NCBI GenBank assembly: GCA_051942245.1
Contig: JAVECL010000128.1
Location: 1-47,700 of the forward strand
DNA: 47,700 nucleotides
Reading direction: 5' to 3'
Source: Trypethelium eluteriae
Lineage: Eukaryota
Below the pieces are notes generated by a model that had not been told where the DNA came from, made no database searches, and saw only the letters and a program-made list of their open reading frames with translations. Positions within the stretch are counted from its first letter, which is position 1. Every line of letters begins with the position of its first letter. Shown here piece by piece: positions 45,992-47,700 of this stretch. The translations under genes were made by a program, and so were the position numbers.

Positions 45992-47700
45992 ATGGGTTTC
46001 CTAAAGCATTTTCGCTCCAGATCAAAGCTCAATCAGCAGCCTCCGGCCCCGGCCTACCCTCCCTCACCGCCGTATTCGTCCGCATCCGTCGGCAACAGTT
46101 CCTCCAAACCACCGCCCCGACTACCCCACAGAGTTCTTGAGACCCTGTTCTCCTACATCTGCCCCCATGTCGAAGACCAAACATATGAAGTCAGCGAGAG
46201 ATCTATGATAGGCGATGGCTGTCCTCTCTGCGATTTGCGTGACTTGGCAAATTGCGCCCAAGTATGTCGGGAGTGGTACGCCGTTGCGCAACGGTTACTG
46301 TGAGTTGATAATTCCCCTGCCCAATATGAACACAAAGCTAATTACGCATAGATATGGGAGCGTGCGGATTGATGCTGTTCATTACTGCGAACTAGAAGAA
46401 ATCCTATGCGAGAAGCGCAGACAACGTTCTAGGAAGCAGAGCAATTCTGCCGACCCTCCAGCCCTTCGCCTGCAACTCTTCACAAGAACGGTTCGGGAAA
46501 GCAGGCAACTGGCACAAGTCGTCCACCTGCTCAAGCTTCCATATATGACACGCGAGTCTTGCAAAGTAGAGCTAGCTCGTGCAGTTTCCGTACTGCCTAA
46601 CTTGCTATATGTTGATCTTCCGGAAGGCTTCTTCACAAACGACCCTTTATGTCTAGCTCTAAGACAGGAATTGCAGGCATCATGCCCGGAAATACGGAAA
46701 ATGAAATATGAGAGCGGGTCCGAACAAGCATTGGAGCTCCTAGCCAATGGTCTTTGGCCAAACATTGAAGTACTGGAGCTTGCACATCTTGCCATTGAAC
46801 CCGGTGCTCTGCGAATGGTTCTCGCATCGCTCACTGCTCTGCGTGAACTCAAGATCGCAGACATTGCTTCTCTCGACGACAGCGTCTTCCACACCTCTCC
46901 AGCTCTTCCACCCTTCCCGGCGCTCCAGAAACTCTCACTGGCCCGCATCCCACGGATCACCCATACGGGCCTCATTGAATACATCTCGAATCCCCAGGAC
47001 CCTTTTATTCGCGACACCCTCACAAACCTCAGCCTTATCCATATGCCCTCCATCTCGACCGCGAACCTCCACGCCATCCTCTCCTCCGCCCCACGTCTTA
47101 CAACCCTCACCTTCGAATCCAACGTCAGCCGCTCCCTGCCCCTGGAGCCCATTCCCCCGCTCTCCTCCCGCACCCTCCAAACCATCTACTTCGAACTCAC
47201 CTCCGACACCAGCCCACCACAGCACTCCCTCCTCAAAGACCCCACCGAATCCCACTACGCCTACCTCACCTCCTCCCTGCACGCCAACGCCCTCCCCTCC
47301 CTCCGCAAACTCTACGTCCGCTCCCCTACCTTCGCCGACTCCCTCCTGCTCGCGCCCCCGATCCGTCCCTTCGCCACCCACGAGACCAGCAACAACCCGC
47401 GCCACAGCAACAGCAACCCGTTCCTATCTTCTCCATCCGCGGCGCCCGCAGGCTTCTCGCACCCGCTGGAGGTCTACTCCAAGGGCCTAGACGAGCTCGA
47501 CTGGGTGTACACGTCCGTGGCGCCGCCCTCCGCGCCCGGCCGCCCGAGCTCCCGCAGTGGCGATCGCCCACTGTCGTCGTTCACTGCGCAACTGGGGCCG
47601 CAGTGGGGCGGGGACGCAAGGAAGAGTGTGGTCGTGGGGAATGGCTTCGGTGGGTTCTTGGCGGTGCCGTTGGATGAGGCGGGTGGAGCCGCTGGGATTG
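45992..47700 (+). CDS. F-box / leucine-rich-repeat protein, 3'-truncated by window edge
   Basis: Exon 45992-46299, intron 46300-46351, then open to the window end. MGFLKHFRSRSK..RLPHRVLETLFSYICPH..DGCPLCDLRDLANCAQVCREW..LYGSVRIDAVHYCELEE..LKLPYMTRE..LPNLLYVDLPEG, followed by LxxLxL repeats. Confidence 0.88.

Noticed and set aside
46382..47571. Several long ORFs (267, 247, 156 aa) in alternative frames
   Set aside because: By-products of the C/G-skewed F-box/LRR exon, whose true frame runs off the window.

Overview
Gene-dense, intron-containing DNA from a filamentous ascomycete (Pezizomycotina), judged from short GT-AG introns with CTRAC/CTAAC branch sites and from PTH11-like, HET and fungal F-box genes. 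I hand-spliced about 18 protein-coding genes. Left arm (1-23 kb, mostly conserved genes): CE1 esterase (partial), 8-exon F-box protein, a 73-aa small ORF, Pil1/Lsp1 eisosome protein, DIM1, cysteine synthase, a conserved hypothetical, an HSL-type alpha/beta hydrolase, COG6 head-to-head with ATG9, a DUF829-like protein and an F-box-like protein. At 24-32.7 kb there is a candidate organic-acid module: a stand-alone adenylation enzyme divergent from an MCT-type MFS transporter, with a CSRE-consensus site between them, followed by a Gpr1/Fun34/YaaH acetate transporter divergent from a PTH11-like receptor. At 33.7-39.5 kb there is a decay zone with a HET-domain gene broken by one in-frame TGA and at least one multiply-stopped pseudogene. 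Right end: an NRP1-like exonuclease-fold/RRM/RanBP2-zinc-finger RNA-binding protein divergent from an F-box/LRR gene that runs off the window. I recognised no tRNA, rRNA, CRISPR array or intact transposon. All product calls come from motif recognition by eye; no database searches were run.
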